A DNA stretch of 63,974 bases, counting the filler, from Octopus bimaculoides (taxonomy: Eukaryota), in NCBI RefSeq assembly GCF_001194135.2. It is 5 parts of 5 records of this genome, joined end to end, with 100 filler letters (N's around TTAATTAATTAA, not from the genome) between each part and the next. Parts side by side here need not be neighbours in the genome. Positions count along the whole stretch, not along the records: positions 27,454 to 56,372 come from NC_068992.1; positions 56,473 to 58,599 come from NW_026414422.1; positions 58,700 to 62,826 come from NW_026393136.1; positions 62,927 to 63,974 come from NW_026410429.1; 1 more part is not named here. One strand, written 5' to 3'. Below are positions 51,471 to 63,576 of the stretch, piece by piece (the first letter of the stretch is position 1; each line of letters opens with the position of its first letter). Below the pieces are notes generated by a model. That model saw only the letters and a list, made by a program, of their open reading frames with translations. It did no database searches and had not been told where the DNA came from. The position numbers and the translations under genes are program-made.

Positions 51471-51761
51471 ATCATCATCATCAATTAATGTCTGCTTTCC
51501 ATGTTGGCATGCGTTGGACAGTTTCACTGAGGACTGGCATGCCAGAAGGCTGTACCAGGCTCCAACCTGATCTGGCAATGTTTCTACAGCTGGATGCCCT
51601 TCCTAATACCAACCACTCCGTGAGTATAGTGGGTGCTTTTTACAAGCCACTGGCATGAGGGCCAGTTAGGCAGCACTGGCAATAACCATGCTCGAATGAT
51701 GCTTTTTACGTGCCACCAGCATGGGAGCCAGTCAGGCAGCACTGGCAATGATCCACGCTTG
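51471..51761 (-). mobile_element. Family B element
   Basis: (CAT)n tail, core and two sub-repeats; tail-to-tail with the RTE fragment. Confidence 0.85.
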
Positions 51762-52869
51762 AGTTGGACAAACAAAAGAAAGTCTCACTAAACAGAATCT
51801 TCATGCTTAGGTAACTGAAGCCGTCTTAACTAGATTTGTTTCATGAGCCTGCGAAACTTTATGCCGCATAGAACTGAATGAAGCTGTTATTAAATAATAC
51901 ACATATGTAAATTTATCTTCATAGTTCTTAAAGTAAAACAAAAAAAAAAAATTGGTTAATTCCTTTAGAACAAGAACGGTGAAAATCATATACAAAATAA
52001 GATTAGTATCATAGTACATCTTCAAGTTCTGAAAATGTACGTAACCAACCAACTTTAAACAGTATTTTAAGGAGAGGAGGTGGAAGCAGTCCGCCATTGT
52101 ATCATCACATTCAGTCTTTACTACATGGTATTTTCATTTAAAATTGTTATCATTACATACGAAGATAAATGTGTTTCTCTACTTCTTTTTTTACATAAAT
52201 GTTCCCAGTTGCTTTCAAAAATGAATGATAACCACTCGAACATGAAATAAAACAGTATTCCTGATATCAGTCATGTGGACTGAGACAAGCGTATTATTAT
52301 GTAGTTTGTATATTTGCTAGCAATTTTATGATTAATAAATAATCCATCATCTTAACTTGCATAGCAGAATTAATTTAACTTTTAGCATGGTGTATTATAT
52401 AATTTTTGATATATATACGTATATATATTTCTCGTCGAAAATACCTGACTGTTGAGACTAACTGATCATCATTGCAATCATCATCATCATCATCAGCATC
52501 ATCATCAGCAGCAGCACCATCATCATCTCCATCATCATTATCACCACCACCACCATCATCATCTTTTAAAGTGCTGGCATGGGTTAGGCAGGTTTTACAG
52601 GAGCTGATTAGGCTGGGAATTGTGCCAGACTCTATTTTCTGTTTCAGAATGGTTTATACAACTGGATGCCCTTCCGAAATGCCATCCAATTTACAGAGTG
52701 GACTGAGTAACCGATGTCTATCGATTATTTACAAATTGATAAGAATTCAAAAAGCTTTGGAAACATCGAAGTTAATAAATTTCAAGAACCAAGTAGCTGT
52801 TAACCCTACAATTTCCTAAAAGTTACCAAAATCATATATCATCATCATCAGCAGCAGCAACATTCATTA

Positions 52870-53160
52870 GTGTCCTTTAATGTTCATTGTCCATGCTGGC
52901 CTGGGTTGGTCTGTTTGACCAGAGCTAGCAAGCAGGTGAGCTGCACCAGGTTCCAGTCTTGATTTGGTTTGGTTTCTACAGTTGGATGCCCTTATTAGCA
53001 CCAACCTCTTTACAGAGTGTGCTGGGTGCTCTAGTGCATGGCACTGGCACGGGTGTTTTCATGTGGTGCCACGATGGGTGCCATCATGTGGTACTTTGCA
53101 CAGGTGCTTTTTATGTGGCAACCGAAACAGAGGCTTTTTACGTGGTCCCAGCACAGGGCT
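52870..53160 (-). mobile_element. Family B-type degenerate copy
   Basis: ccatgctggcctgggttgg...ggatgcccttattagcaccaacc...ggtgctttttatgtggca. Confidence 0.65.
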
Positions 53161-54310
53161 CTAGCAAACTAATCCACCTTGAGTGATTGGTCTGGAAACG
53201 GGGCGGGGGGGGGGGGCAGAATTAACATTCTGCTGTGGAGGACGAGTAGTTTTGAGTACCTATTTAGAGGCAGGCATGGCTGAGTGGATAAGAAGCCTTT
53301 TTTTGCAACCTTGTGGCTTATAGTTCCGTCCCACTGCACAGCACCTACTACAGCCCCACCGTCTCAAGTTCACCAATGATTTGCAAATGAATTTTATAGA
53401 AGAAAACTGTATAGAAGCCTGCCGTATTCATGTTTGTGTGTATGTTGGTGAAGATAGCAGATAGAACTTCCAAGCAGAACAACTCTAGCTCATGTTGAAT
53501 GATCTAAGAAAGATAAATCTTATAAAGTGGAACAAAATCAACAGCTCCAAGCATCAAGGTGTTACTTACGAAAAAAAAAGAGAAGTATATATATGTATAT
53601 ATATACAAAGACATGTAGCATATCATATATATATATATTGATTCCATTAGATTTTAAGAATCTTATAGATATAAATACGCAAATAAGGTTAGAAGTGGCA
53701 ATAACATTCTTATTCTTAGGGAACCATAGTAACATCAGAATGGTTTAAAAAAAAGTTGAAAGGAACGGGGAAAAAATAGTAGAGATGTGGAAATCAAAGA
53801 CACTGAGTATGAGATGACGACATTCCCTGTTGAGGTGAGAGAAGCTAGCAAGGGTTAGACAGACTGAGAATTCCAATTCTAGCAGATTTCTTTAGAAATG
53901 CTAACTCAAATGTGGAAGATAAATCTTTAGAAGACGAAAGAATGAAAGCTGGTGGTACATGAGTACAGATATATGGAGGGGGGGGGTTTATGTGTGTGGG
54001 TGTGGTGAGTATGTTGCATGATGTAGTGTATGTGTGTGTGTGTGTTTGTGTGTTTGTGCATATACATGTGTGCATGTACATGCATACATGGTGGCTTAAA
54101 GGGAAATGTTAAAACAAAAGCAAAAAAAAAAAATTACAAACAACCTTCCTCTGCAAAAACAAAAGCAAAATAAAACGAAACGAAAAACACACGCAAAAGA
54201 ACAGGAAATATGGAAATTATATTGAACATTCTTACATTTCCTTCAAATAATCCGATCCAAGGTTATCATAACAGCTAAGAGGATTAACTGTAAATCACAG
54301 NNNNNNNNNN

Positions 54311-54341
<31 letters not shown>

Positions 54342-54479
54342 TAAAAAGAATTATCAACTTTAAATAAATAAATAAGTAAATAAATAAATAAATGAAGGTT
54401 GAATATCAGCAGGTAAACAAAGACTGTCAACATCAAATTATCTGATGGGTTTATTGATGGTGATGCGGGGGTGGGGGGT

Positions 54480-54720
54480 CTTTTCTCTTTTGCTTGTTTC
54501 AGTTATTAGACTGCGGTGATGCTGCAGCATGGCCTTGGAGAATTTTTAGCTGAATGTATTGACCCCGGTACTTATTTTTTTTCAAGGCCTGCTCCTTGTT
54601 CTTGTTGGTCACTTCTGCAGAACTGATAAATTATGGAATGTAAACACACCAACATCGGCTGTCAAATAGTAATTGTGGAGGGAAAACACAGACACAGATA
54701 CACACACACATATATATATG
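54480..54720 (-). mobile_element. Family A SINE, 3' half
   Basis: cttgtttcagttattagactgcgg...gtaaacacaccaacatcggctgtcaa. Confidence 0.7.
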
Positions 54721-55088
54721 TCCTAGACATATTGATATAAGCATGGTTGACTGATTAAGAAGTTCACTTGGCAGCAATAAGGTTCTTGGTTGGATGTGAG
54801 TGCTTGGCACCAGGGAGAGGAGTCTGCTACCAAAACATTGAGGTGAGCAATATGTTGTGAGGTGAGTGGACCCTGGTGGAAGGAAATTATCAGTAAATTT
54901 AACAGTAAAAGATGTAATGCAGGACCAAAAAGCTGAAGATCCTTAACCAAAGTTCTTTGTCAGAACCTTGCAGCAAGTTACAGATTCTACCTTGTCAAAT
55001 TTGACATCAGTCATGCAGTTGACCAATGATTGACCCATAGAAAACCATAGAAAAGAATTCTACACATTTGTATCTACAATAATAATGA

Positions 55089-55119
<31 letters not shown>

Positions 55120-55145
55120 AAGACGAAGACGAAGACGAAGAAGAA

Positions 55146-55521
55146 GAAGAGCACTCAGAGAGCGCAAACCTCTGCCAAGGCAACACCAATGCCCTCCCAA
55201 CAATTAGCCAGAGATGAATTTTGGAATGAGAAGATCTGAAATAAACTCGAATGCTCTCACAAACGAGAATACTAAAAATGAACCTGACTGCTCTCAAAAA
55301 TTAAGTGAAAAAAAAACAGAAAAAAATTATCTAGAATCCTTGTCCTGTACTGGATCAATACCAAAATCTAATCAGTTTGTGCATGTCATGAGGCCAAACA
55401 TCCCTGAAAGTTTCATCTGAATCCATCCAACGGTTCTTGAGATATCTTGTCCATGGACAAACAAACAAACAGACAAATGTGACCAAAAACAATACCTCTG
55501 CCTTAGTTAAGGCAGGGGTAA
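55146..55521 (+). mobile_element. Helentron-type non-autonomous element (HINE/DINE-1-like)
   Basis: 5' subterminal acctctgccaaggc (55168-81), (ACAA)n at 55457-76, and a 3' stem-loop tacctctgcctt-agtt-aaggcaggggta (55493-55520). Confidence 0.7.
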
Positions 55522-55529
55522 TAATAATG

Positions 55530-55591
<62 letters not shown>

Positions 55592-56340
55592 CCTTTCTAC
55601 TTTTGGCGCAAGGCCTGAAATTTCGAGAAAAACATAGGGGTTGATGTATTCGACTGAGCCCCTCCCCTGAGATTGCTGGCATTGTGTCAAATTTTGAAAC
55701 CAATTTACAACCAATAATCACTGATATACCACATACATACACACACACATACGCTGAACTGAGGTACCACTCAGAGTGACTCTGAAACAAACTCCTTAAT
55801 CACACCGACATATACAGGCATATCAAATACCACACAACATAAATACTTAATTAATTAAAACTAGCTCTACCTCTAGAAGATTTACCATAAATACCACATC
55901 GCATGATTCCAAAATTCTCTAAAGCTGACATGCCATTCAGCTATACATTATGCATAACTGAAACAATATATTCATTTCATTTGATGAGGCTTACGGGTAA
56001 ATCTTTCACAGAAGGTGGGGTGTCCAGCAGTTTTGGGTCCCAGTATTTTTTACTAATGACTTTTTAAAAGCCAGTTGTTACCCAAGTAAGTGCCAAAATC
56101 TTAAGGATCAAGATTAGCTGCTTACAATGATAAACAGTAAGAAAGGAAAAATAAATGAATAGAACAAAGTGTAAATCAAAGTGTTTTTATAGCAAAAATT
56201 GGTTTGGAGAGCATGGAGTAAACAATATTTTCTGTAAGGTCAGAGAACAAAGAGCGCCTTAGGGATTTATGACTTATGGGTTTGTAAGGGAATAAGTTAG
56301 CTGGATATATATATATATATATATGTATGTAAGTATATAA

Positions 56341-56372
<32 letters not shown>

Positions 56373-56472
56373 NNNNNNNNNNNNNNNNNNNNNNNNNNNN
56401 NNNNNNNNNNNNNNNNTTAATTAATTAANNNNNNNNNNNNNNNNNNNNNNNNNNNNNNNNNNNNNNNNNNNN
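56373..56472. other. Assembly spacer N44-TTAATTAATTAA-N44
   Basis: Same 100 bp layout as 27354. Confidence 0.95.
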
Positions 56473-56848
56473 GCTCAAAAGGTCTCTGAATAAGGTTTGT
56501 TTAAGGATGTTGAGCAAAACATTCATGTTTCCAAAGGTGAATTGTTCAAACCGCAAAGAATTCCTCTAAACGCATGGCTATAATGTTCCCCAACTACTTC
56601 TGCTCATGATCAGAGATGCATATATCATCAGCCAGCAAGGGACATGCTCAACTGGCTAAGGTCAAACAACCGACAAGCAAATCTGTGGTATTAAGCAGAA
56701 TATTTGCTGTAGCCCATCTTTTATACCAAGACAAAACAATGTACNNNNNNNNNNTCTTTTATACCAAGACAAAACAATGTACATGATAACACTTCCAATC
56801 AATTAAGATCAGAAGCCATGAGAACCACTGCCTGATACTGCATCCGGG
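56473..56848 (-). mobile_element. Family E element, partial (cut by gap)
   Basis: Collinear with 57997-58549; starts cccggatgcagt after (TAA)n on the minus strand. Confidence 0.85.
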
Positions 56849-56868
56849 AAATTATTATTATTATTATT

Positions 56869-57946
56869 GTTCAGTAGATTTATTTTTATAACGTGCCTTC
56901 ACTTCACTACCGAGCGCAGCTCTGTGTGCCTTGGGTATGTGCTGTTTGCTGTGATGCTCTTATGGTTACTGTATTGAAAGTGTTTTGCGTAGGATGTGTG
57001 CAGTGCCCAGTAGTGCAATTTTCTGTATGTTATATATATTTGTAAGTCCTGGTGTTTTTGCTATGTATTTGTCTGAATATTTTTTTATTATACCTAAGGC
57101 ACCTACTCTGATAGGAATTGTTTCTATTTTTAGATTCCACATTCGAGTTACCTCTATTTCCAGGTATTTGTATTTTGAAAGTTTTTCCATTTCTTTTAGG
57201 GAAACGTNNNNNNNNNNNNNNNNNNNNNNNNNNNNNNNNNNNNNNNNNNNNNNNNNNNNNNNNNNNNNNNNNNNNNNNNNNNNNNNNNNNNNNNNNNNNN
57301 NNNNNNNNNNNNNNNNNNNNNNNNNNNNNNNNNNNNNNNNNNNNNNNNNNNNNNNNNNNNNNNNNNNNNNNNNNNNNNNNNNNNNNNNNNNNNNNNNNNN
57401 NNNNNNNNNNNNNNNNNNNNNNNNNNNNNNNNNNNNNNNNNNNNNNNNNNNNNNNNNNNNNNNNNNNNNNNNNNNNNNNNNNNNNNNNNNNNNNNNNNNN
57501 NNNNNNNNNNNNNNNNNNNNNNNNNNNNNNNNNNNNNNNNNNNCCCAGAGTATGGTTGCTTTCTCGTTTTCTCTGACCTTTTCTGGCGTGTGTTTATACC
57601 ATCTTTTTTCTGTTGTTATTCCATAGTGTTGGCATAGATTCCAGTGTATATAGGTCCCAGATCTGTCGTGTCTGTGAATATATTCCTTCTTAGCCAGGAC
57701 TAGGCAGCCAGAGATAATATGATTTATTGTTTCTTGTCCATCTCCACATATTCTACAGTTACTTGTTATATTTCTTTTCATTATATGTTTTTGGTAATTT
57801 CTGGTGGGGAGGCTTTGGTCTTGTGCAGCAATTAAAAATCCTTTAGTCTCTGCTTTGAGTCCTGAGCTTCTCAACCATTGCTGGGATTTTTCTGTCTATT
57901 TCTTTTGCATTTAGTTTTAGACATATCGATAAATACGCCCAGTATT
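56869..57946 (-). mobile_element. R4/Dong-clade LINE 3' fragment (CCHC finger plus restriction-like endonuclease region)
   Basis: ORF 56966-57874: LKAETKGFLIAAQDQ, CRICGDGQETINHIISGC (C-x2-C-x7-H-x4-C), YIHRHD, EKLSKYK, VGALG, ALLGTAHILRK; ~95 bp 3' UTR; (TAA)n on both sides. Confidence 0.9.
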
Positions 57947-57953
57947 TAATTAA

Positions 57954-57996
<43 letters not shown>

Positions 57997-58549
57997 GAAT
58001 GTGATAGCAGTGCATGCCATCAAAGTGACACTGGGGTAAAATATACGAAGCCCAATATACCCATCATGACTACCCATCTGATAAGGGTACACCAGGCACA
58101 TGCATCACAACCATATGTGCGCTACATCCTGATCTCATATCAGGATAAACAGCACATGACCTCGCATATGGGACCCAGTTAGAATTTTCTTCAGGTTGAG
58201 TAGCCCATCCCGCTCAAAAGGTCTCTTGATAAGGTTTGTTTAAGGATGTTGAGTAAAACACCCATGTTTCCAAAGGTGAATTATTCAAACCTCAAAGAAT
58301 TCCTCTCAACACATGGCTATGATGCTCCTCCACTACTTCTGCTCATGATCGGAGATGCACATATCGTCAGCCACCAAGGGACATGCTCAACTGGTTAAGG
58401 TCAAACAACTGACAAGCAAATCTGTGGTATTAAGCAGAATATTTGCAGTAGCCCATCTTTTATACCAAGACAAAACAACGTACATGATAACACTTCCAAT
58501 CAATTAAGATCAGAAGCCATGAGAATCACTGCCTGATACTGCATCCGGG
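57997..58549 (-). mobile_element. Family E element (~550 bp) between (TAA)n tracts
   Basis: Reverse complement of 58925-59473. Confidence 0.85.
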
Positions 58550-58567
58550 CAATTATTATTATTATTA

Positions 58568-58599
<32 letters not shown>

Positions 58600-58699
58600 N
58601 NNNNNNNNNNNNNNNNNNNNNNNNNNNNNNNNNNNNNNNNNNNTTAATTAATTAANNNNNNNNNNNNNNNNNNNNNNNNNNNNNNNNNNNNNNNNNNNN
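58600..58699. other. Assembly spacer N44-TTAATTAATTAA-N44
   Basis: Same 100 bp layout. Confidence 0.95.
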
Positions 58700-58924
58700 C
58701 AATAGAAACTTGCACTTACTGTACAAACGCACTCAAATAATTACTAATATATCCAAACTCACGGAGCCGTTACACCGCTAAGCATTTCAACCGGTATCAC
58801 ACAGACGAAATACCGCTGAGCATTTCGCCAGACGTGCCAACAACAACAACAACAACAACATCAACAGCAACAACAACAACAGCAACAACAACAACAACAA
58901 TAATAATAATAATAATAATAAATA

Positions 58925-59473
58925 CCCGGATGCAGTACCAAGCATTGGCTCTCATGGCTTCTGATCTTAATTGATTGGAAGTGTTAAGTACATTGTTTTG
59001 TCTGGGTATAAAAGATCGGATACAGTAAATATTCTGCTTAATACCACAGATTTGATTGTCAGTTGTTTGACCTTAACCAGTTGAGCATGTCCCTTGGTGG
59101 CTGACGATATGTGCTTCTCTGATCATAAGCAAAAGTAGTGGGAGAGCATCATAGCCATGTGCTGAGAGGAATTATTTGGGGTTTGAATAATTCACCTTTG
59201 GAAACATGGGTGTTTTGCTCAACATCCTTAAACAAACCTTATTCAGGGACTTTTGAAGAGGATGGGCTACTCAACCTGAAGAAAATTCTAACTGGGCCCC
59301 ACCTGCGAGGTCATGCGCTGTTTTTCTTGATATGAGATCGCCATGTCGCGCACAAATGGTTGTGATTCATGTGCCTGGTGTACCCTTATCAGATGGGTAG
59401 TCATGATGGGTATAATAGGCTTCGTATATTTTACCCCAGTGTCACTTTGATTGCATGCCCTGCTCTCTCACTC
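58925..59473 (+). mobile_element. Family E element (~550 bp) between (TAA)n tracts
   Basis: cccggatgcagtacc...ctgctctctcactc, with (CAA)n(TAA)n upstream and (AAT)n downstream. Confidence 0.85.
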
Positions 59474-59514
<41 letters not shown>

Positions 59515-59664
59515 TAATAATGATAATAATAAAGTGAAGATCAAATATATATTTCGTGTGTTTGATTGGCAACAGATGACCATCTCCAAGTAGAACAATA
59601 TTTATTTTAACACCCAATTTCACAAATCCATGAACGTCATAATAATTAATATTAAGTGGAAATA

Positions 59665-59800
59665 ATTCGCCGAGGTCCTCTTTGGTTCTTATCCTTTCGG
59701 GGTCGATGAAATAAATATCAGTTGCGTATTGGGGGTCGATGTAATCAACTTACCCCTTCCCCCGAAATTGCTGGTGTTGTACCAAAATTTGAAATCAATG
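59665..59800 (+). mobile_element. Family C SINE fragment
   Basis: cgccgaggtc...atcctttcggggtcgat...cagttgcgtattgggggtcgat. Confidence 0.7.
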
Positions 59801-60409
59801 TGTAGGAGAAATAAAACAGAACACAACATTACTCATTAATGGGCACCATATTAATCATTTAACAAATTATAAAGTGAACGGCTTGGAAAGTGTTTCATCT
59901 TTATGCGTGTTTGTTTGGATTGAATCTGTGTATGGATGCATGTTTAGGCGTGGCCGTGTGGTTAGACGCTTGCTTCCAAATCTGGTTTCGGGTTCAATTC
60001 CACTGCGTGGCACACTACGCACATGTCTTCTACTNNNNNNNNNNNNNNNNNNNNNNNNNNNNNNNNNNNNNNNNNNNNNNNNNNNNNNNNNNNNNNNNNN
60101 NNNNNNNNNNNNNNNNNNNNNNNNNNNNNNNNNNNNNNNNNNNNNNNNNNNNNNNNNNNNNNNNNNNNNNNNNNNNNNNNNNNNNNNNNNNNNNNNNNNN
60201 NNNNNNNNNNNNNNNNNNNNNNNNNNNNNNNNNNNNNNNNNNNNNNNNNNNNNNNNNNNNNNNNNNNNNNNNNNNNNNNNNNNNNNNNNNNNNNNNNNNN
60301 NNNNNNNNNNNNNNNNNNNNNNNNNNNNNNNNNNNNNNNNNNNNNNNNNNNNNNNNNNNNNNNNNNNNNNNNNNNNNNNNNNNNNNNNNNNNNNNNNNNN
60401 NNNNNNNNA

Positions 60410-60460
60410 ACACACCATCATCGGTTGTCAAGGGTTGTTGAAGAGACAAATACAGACACC

Positions 60461-60521
<61 letters not shown>

Positions 60522-60650
60522 CGGGCTCATATGAGTTTCCATCTATCAAATCCACTCAGAAGGCTTTGGTCGGCCCTAGGCTATGGTAGAAGACACTCAA
60601 CCAAGGAACAATGTGATTCTTACGATATAGCCACTCCTATGCATGTATAT
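60410..60650 (-). mobile_element. Family A-type SINE fragment
   Basis: acacaccatcatcggttgtcaag, (CA)n, aaatccactcagaaggctttggtcggcc. Confidence 0.7.
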
Positions 60651-61209
60651 GTCTGTCTGTCTGTATATATGTATCAGTGTGTGTGTGTCTTTGTGTCCGT
60701 GTGTGTCCCCAACCACCGCTTGACGAAATGTGTCGGTGTGTTTACGTTCCGGTAACTTAGCGGTTCACCAAAATACTCCGATACAATAAGTACGAGGAGT
60801 AAGAAATTAAGTACACAGGTCAATTAGTTCGACTGAAACGTTCTCAAGCCTGTGGCATCTCTATATATACACATAATCCTTTCCGAGCCATGTTTGTTAA
60901 AGGAATTGTTCATTACACGAGTAATTGAAATACATATAAATAGAAGAAAGCCGTTTCATGCCACTCCCCAAATCCACATAAATATATTTTACACCTTAGC
61001 GTTTATACGAAAGGAAATCATGTAAAAGGTCGTATGTAGTGTGAGTGTTCAGTTTGGTTAACCACTAAAACATCAGCTTGAACAGAAAAATGTGGTGCAG
61101 AAATTACGTATCAAAGGCGATAAGAAATGGTTGATCATTGAGCGGAGAGACATACATTATAACAGATAATGATCAAGCAAAACATTTAGCGTTATTCAAG
61201 AACATTCTT

Positions 61210-61510
61210 GGGGAAATGTCTTCTACTATAGCCGCGGGCCGACCAAAGCCTTGTGAGTAGATTTGGGAGACGGAAACTGAAAGAAGCCCGTCATGTGTGT
61301 GTATGTATTTGTGTGTCTGTGCTTGTCCGTCACCATCGCTTGACAACCGATGTTGGTGATTTTACGTCCTTGTAACGTAGCAGTTCGGCAAAGGAGGCCG
61401 ATAGAATAAGTACTAGGCTTACAAAGAATAAGTCCCGGGGTCCATTTGTTCGATTGAAAAGGTGGAGCTCCAGCATGGCTTCAGTGAAATGTCTTAAACT
61501 AATAAAATAA
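61210..61510 (+). mobile_element. Family A SINE, 5'-truncated
   Basis: gtcttctactatagccgcgggccgaccaaagccttgtgag through ggagctccagcatggc. Confidence 0.85.
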
Positions 61511-62151
61511 TAGTGCCACGTAGTAGTTATAAAAATAGCCAAAGTCTCTTATAGCTGTTTGTAGAATAGCTAAGCATGTGGATCAAGTTATTGATTAAAG
61601 AATTCCATCTAAGCAATTTATTCCGTTGTTAGAGAAAGAAAAAGAAAATGCAGAAATGCATAATATCCTCAATTGAGGATATTCTTCGTTAGCAGTTTTT
61701 TGAGAAACCATGGAATTCTCAGATAAATGTGTTTGGTATTTTCATGATCGAAGAGTTAGTAAAGTTTCTAGGAAAGTCCCTGGGAAAGGATAATGGAGGT
61801 TATCAGTTGCGTCTTTGCATAGAAAGTGAATCAGATTTGGAAGGCCTTGGAAGAGTCTATTATAATGTAAATGAGAAATATATGACAGTAGACAGAGATT
61901 AGTCAGGTACGGTGAAGGTGGGTTTGACTTGGCGGTTAAGGGGATGAATGTATACACACACATACATACAGAGGGACATACATATATACAGAGGCACTAA
62001 AAAAAGCAGACACAGACACACACAGACATATATGAAGTGGCATATTCCCATAGATATAGACACAGTCAGATACACACAAATACGCGGCCATGTATATACA
62101 TACATACGTATGAGTTTAGAGATGGACAGAAAAATATTTGTTTGCACACAG

Positions 62152-62189
<38 letters not shown>

Positions 62190-62381
62190 ACACAAATTCT
62201 TGCATAGTCATCGTATATATGTATAGAGAGATAGATTAGATTAAGTGAGTAGAGGAGAGATTGGGTAAATTAAGTGAGAGGAGAAAGAATGTTTAGTAAT
62301 TAAGGATGAGAAAAAGCAGATGTATAAACGCCAGTCGCCTCATTGTATATTTGACTACCAAGGTGGGCCAGAGTCATTAAA

Positions 62382-62730
62382 TCGCCGAACTGGGAATACT
62401 CAGGACCGGATGGGGTACAAGGATATTGACTGAAACATTTCCCAGAACTACACTGATGAATAGCCAAGCAAATATATAAAAGGATCAACAACGTTGTACA
62501 AATCCCAAAGTGGCTGACCACAAGTAAAACAATTCTTTGCCAAAAGGATCCCAACAAAGCAATGCAGTGGATAATCACCGGCCTATCACCTGTCTGCCCC
62601 TGATGTGGAAGCTGATGGCAGGAATAATATCTAAATAGTTGTATGGTTTCCTGGGAATAAATGACAAAACGCCAGTGGAACAGAAATGGTGCAGAAAGAA
62701 AAGCCGGGGGACAATTACAGACTAATATGG
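62382..62730 (+). mobile_element. R4/Dong-type LINE RT N-terminal fragment, decayed
   Basis: NWEYSGPDGVQGY*LKHF...[18 protein letters not shown] / [23 protein letters not shown]...EQKWCRKKSRGT, with stops and a frameshift. Confidence 0.85.
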
Positions 62731-62826
62731 TCTTACCACACAGCCGCGCCTGAACATGCAATCATACACAGACTAATATGGTTGCAGAAAGGAAGCCGAA
62801 AGGGAGACAGAGGTTGTAAGCAATAG

Positions 62827-62926
62827 NNNNNNNNNNNNNNNNNNNNNNNNNNNNNNNNNNNNNNNNNNNNTTAATTAATTAANNNNNNNNNNNNNNNNNN
62901 NNNNNNNNNNNNNNNNNNNNNNNNNN
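62827..62926. other. Assembly spacer N44-TTAATTAATTAA-N44
   Basis: Same 100 bp layout. Confidence 0.95.
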
Positions 62927-63443
62927 GCCTTACAACGAAAAAACCCTTATGATGTAAATATGTTCATAATTCAAAAGACGATGAAATTAATAGGGAAAGT
63001 CTGGAGGCTGTTTTGCGTAACATTATTAAGCGTACGTAAATTTCATCCGTCTAATTGGTTATACAAATGATATGTACAAAACAACTTTTTGCGCTGCCTT
63101 GATTATACATAGCAGGGTAATTCCTTTTTGCAGGAGGTAGGACGGCAATTTCTGATGAAGCAATTGCTGGTGATCTGTTGCTACACATTTTTGCCAGAAT
63201 TCTAACAGATTGGGCAGTAGATGTTGATGCACCATTTTGCATTATGTTCAAAGTAGCTTCTGGAATGTGTTGAATTGAGTTGCTGTCTTTTTAAACCAGT
63301 TGCTTTCTTTCCCCAGCAAGTTGTCTTGTTTGGAGGCATAATCTATGTACATTTTAAAGAGAACAACAAAAGTTATAACAGTTAGCAGGGTCAGTAGTTT
63401 TCACATTTCGGTAATTTTTCAGATTAACACCCGCACGATTACG

Positions 63444-63576
63444 TAACCATAATCCTTAGACCCTAACCCTGACCCTAAAACCGTAACCATAACACTAACC
63501 CTCATTGTAACCCTAACCCTAACCCTAACCTTAAAACCCTAACCCTGACCCAAAAACCGTAACCCTAACACCCTAG
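63444..63576. repeat. Degenerate interstitial telomere-like (CCCTAA)n tract
   Basis: taaccctaaccctaaccctaacc plus variants; a ~35 bp block recurs at 63461 and 63537. Confidence 0.85.

Noticed and set aside
63051-63251. 66 aa ORF next to the telomere-like tract
   Set aside because: No recognisable motif and flanked by in-frame stops; possibly a decayed TE but unsupported.
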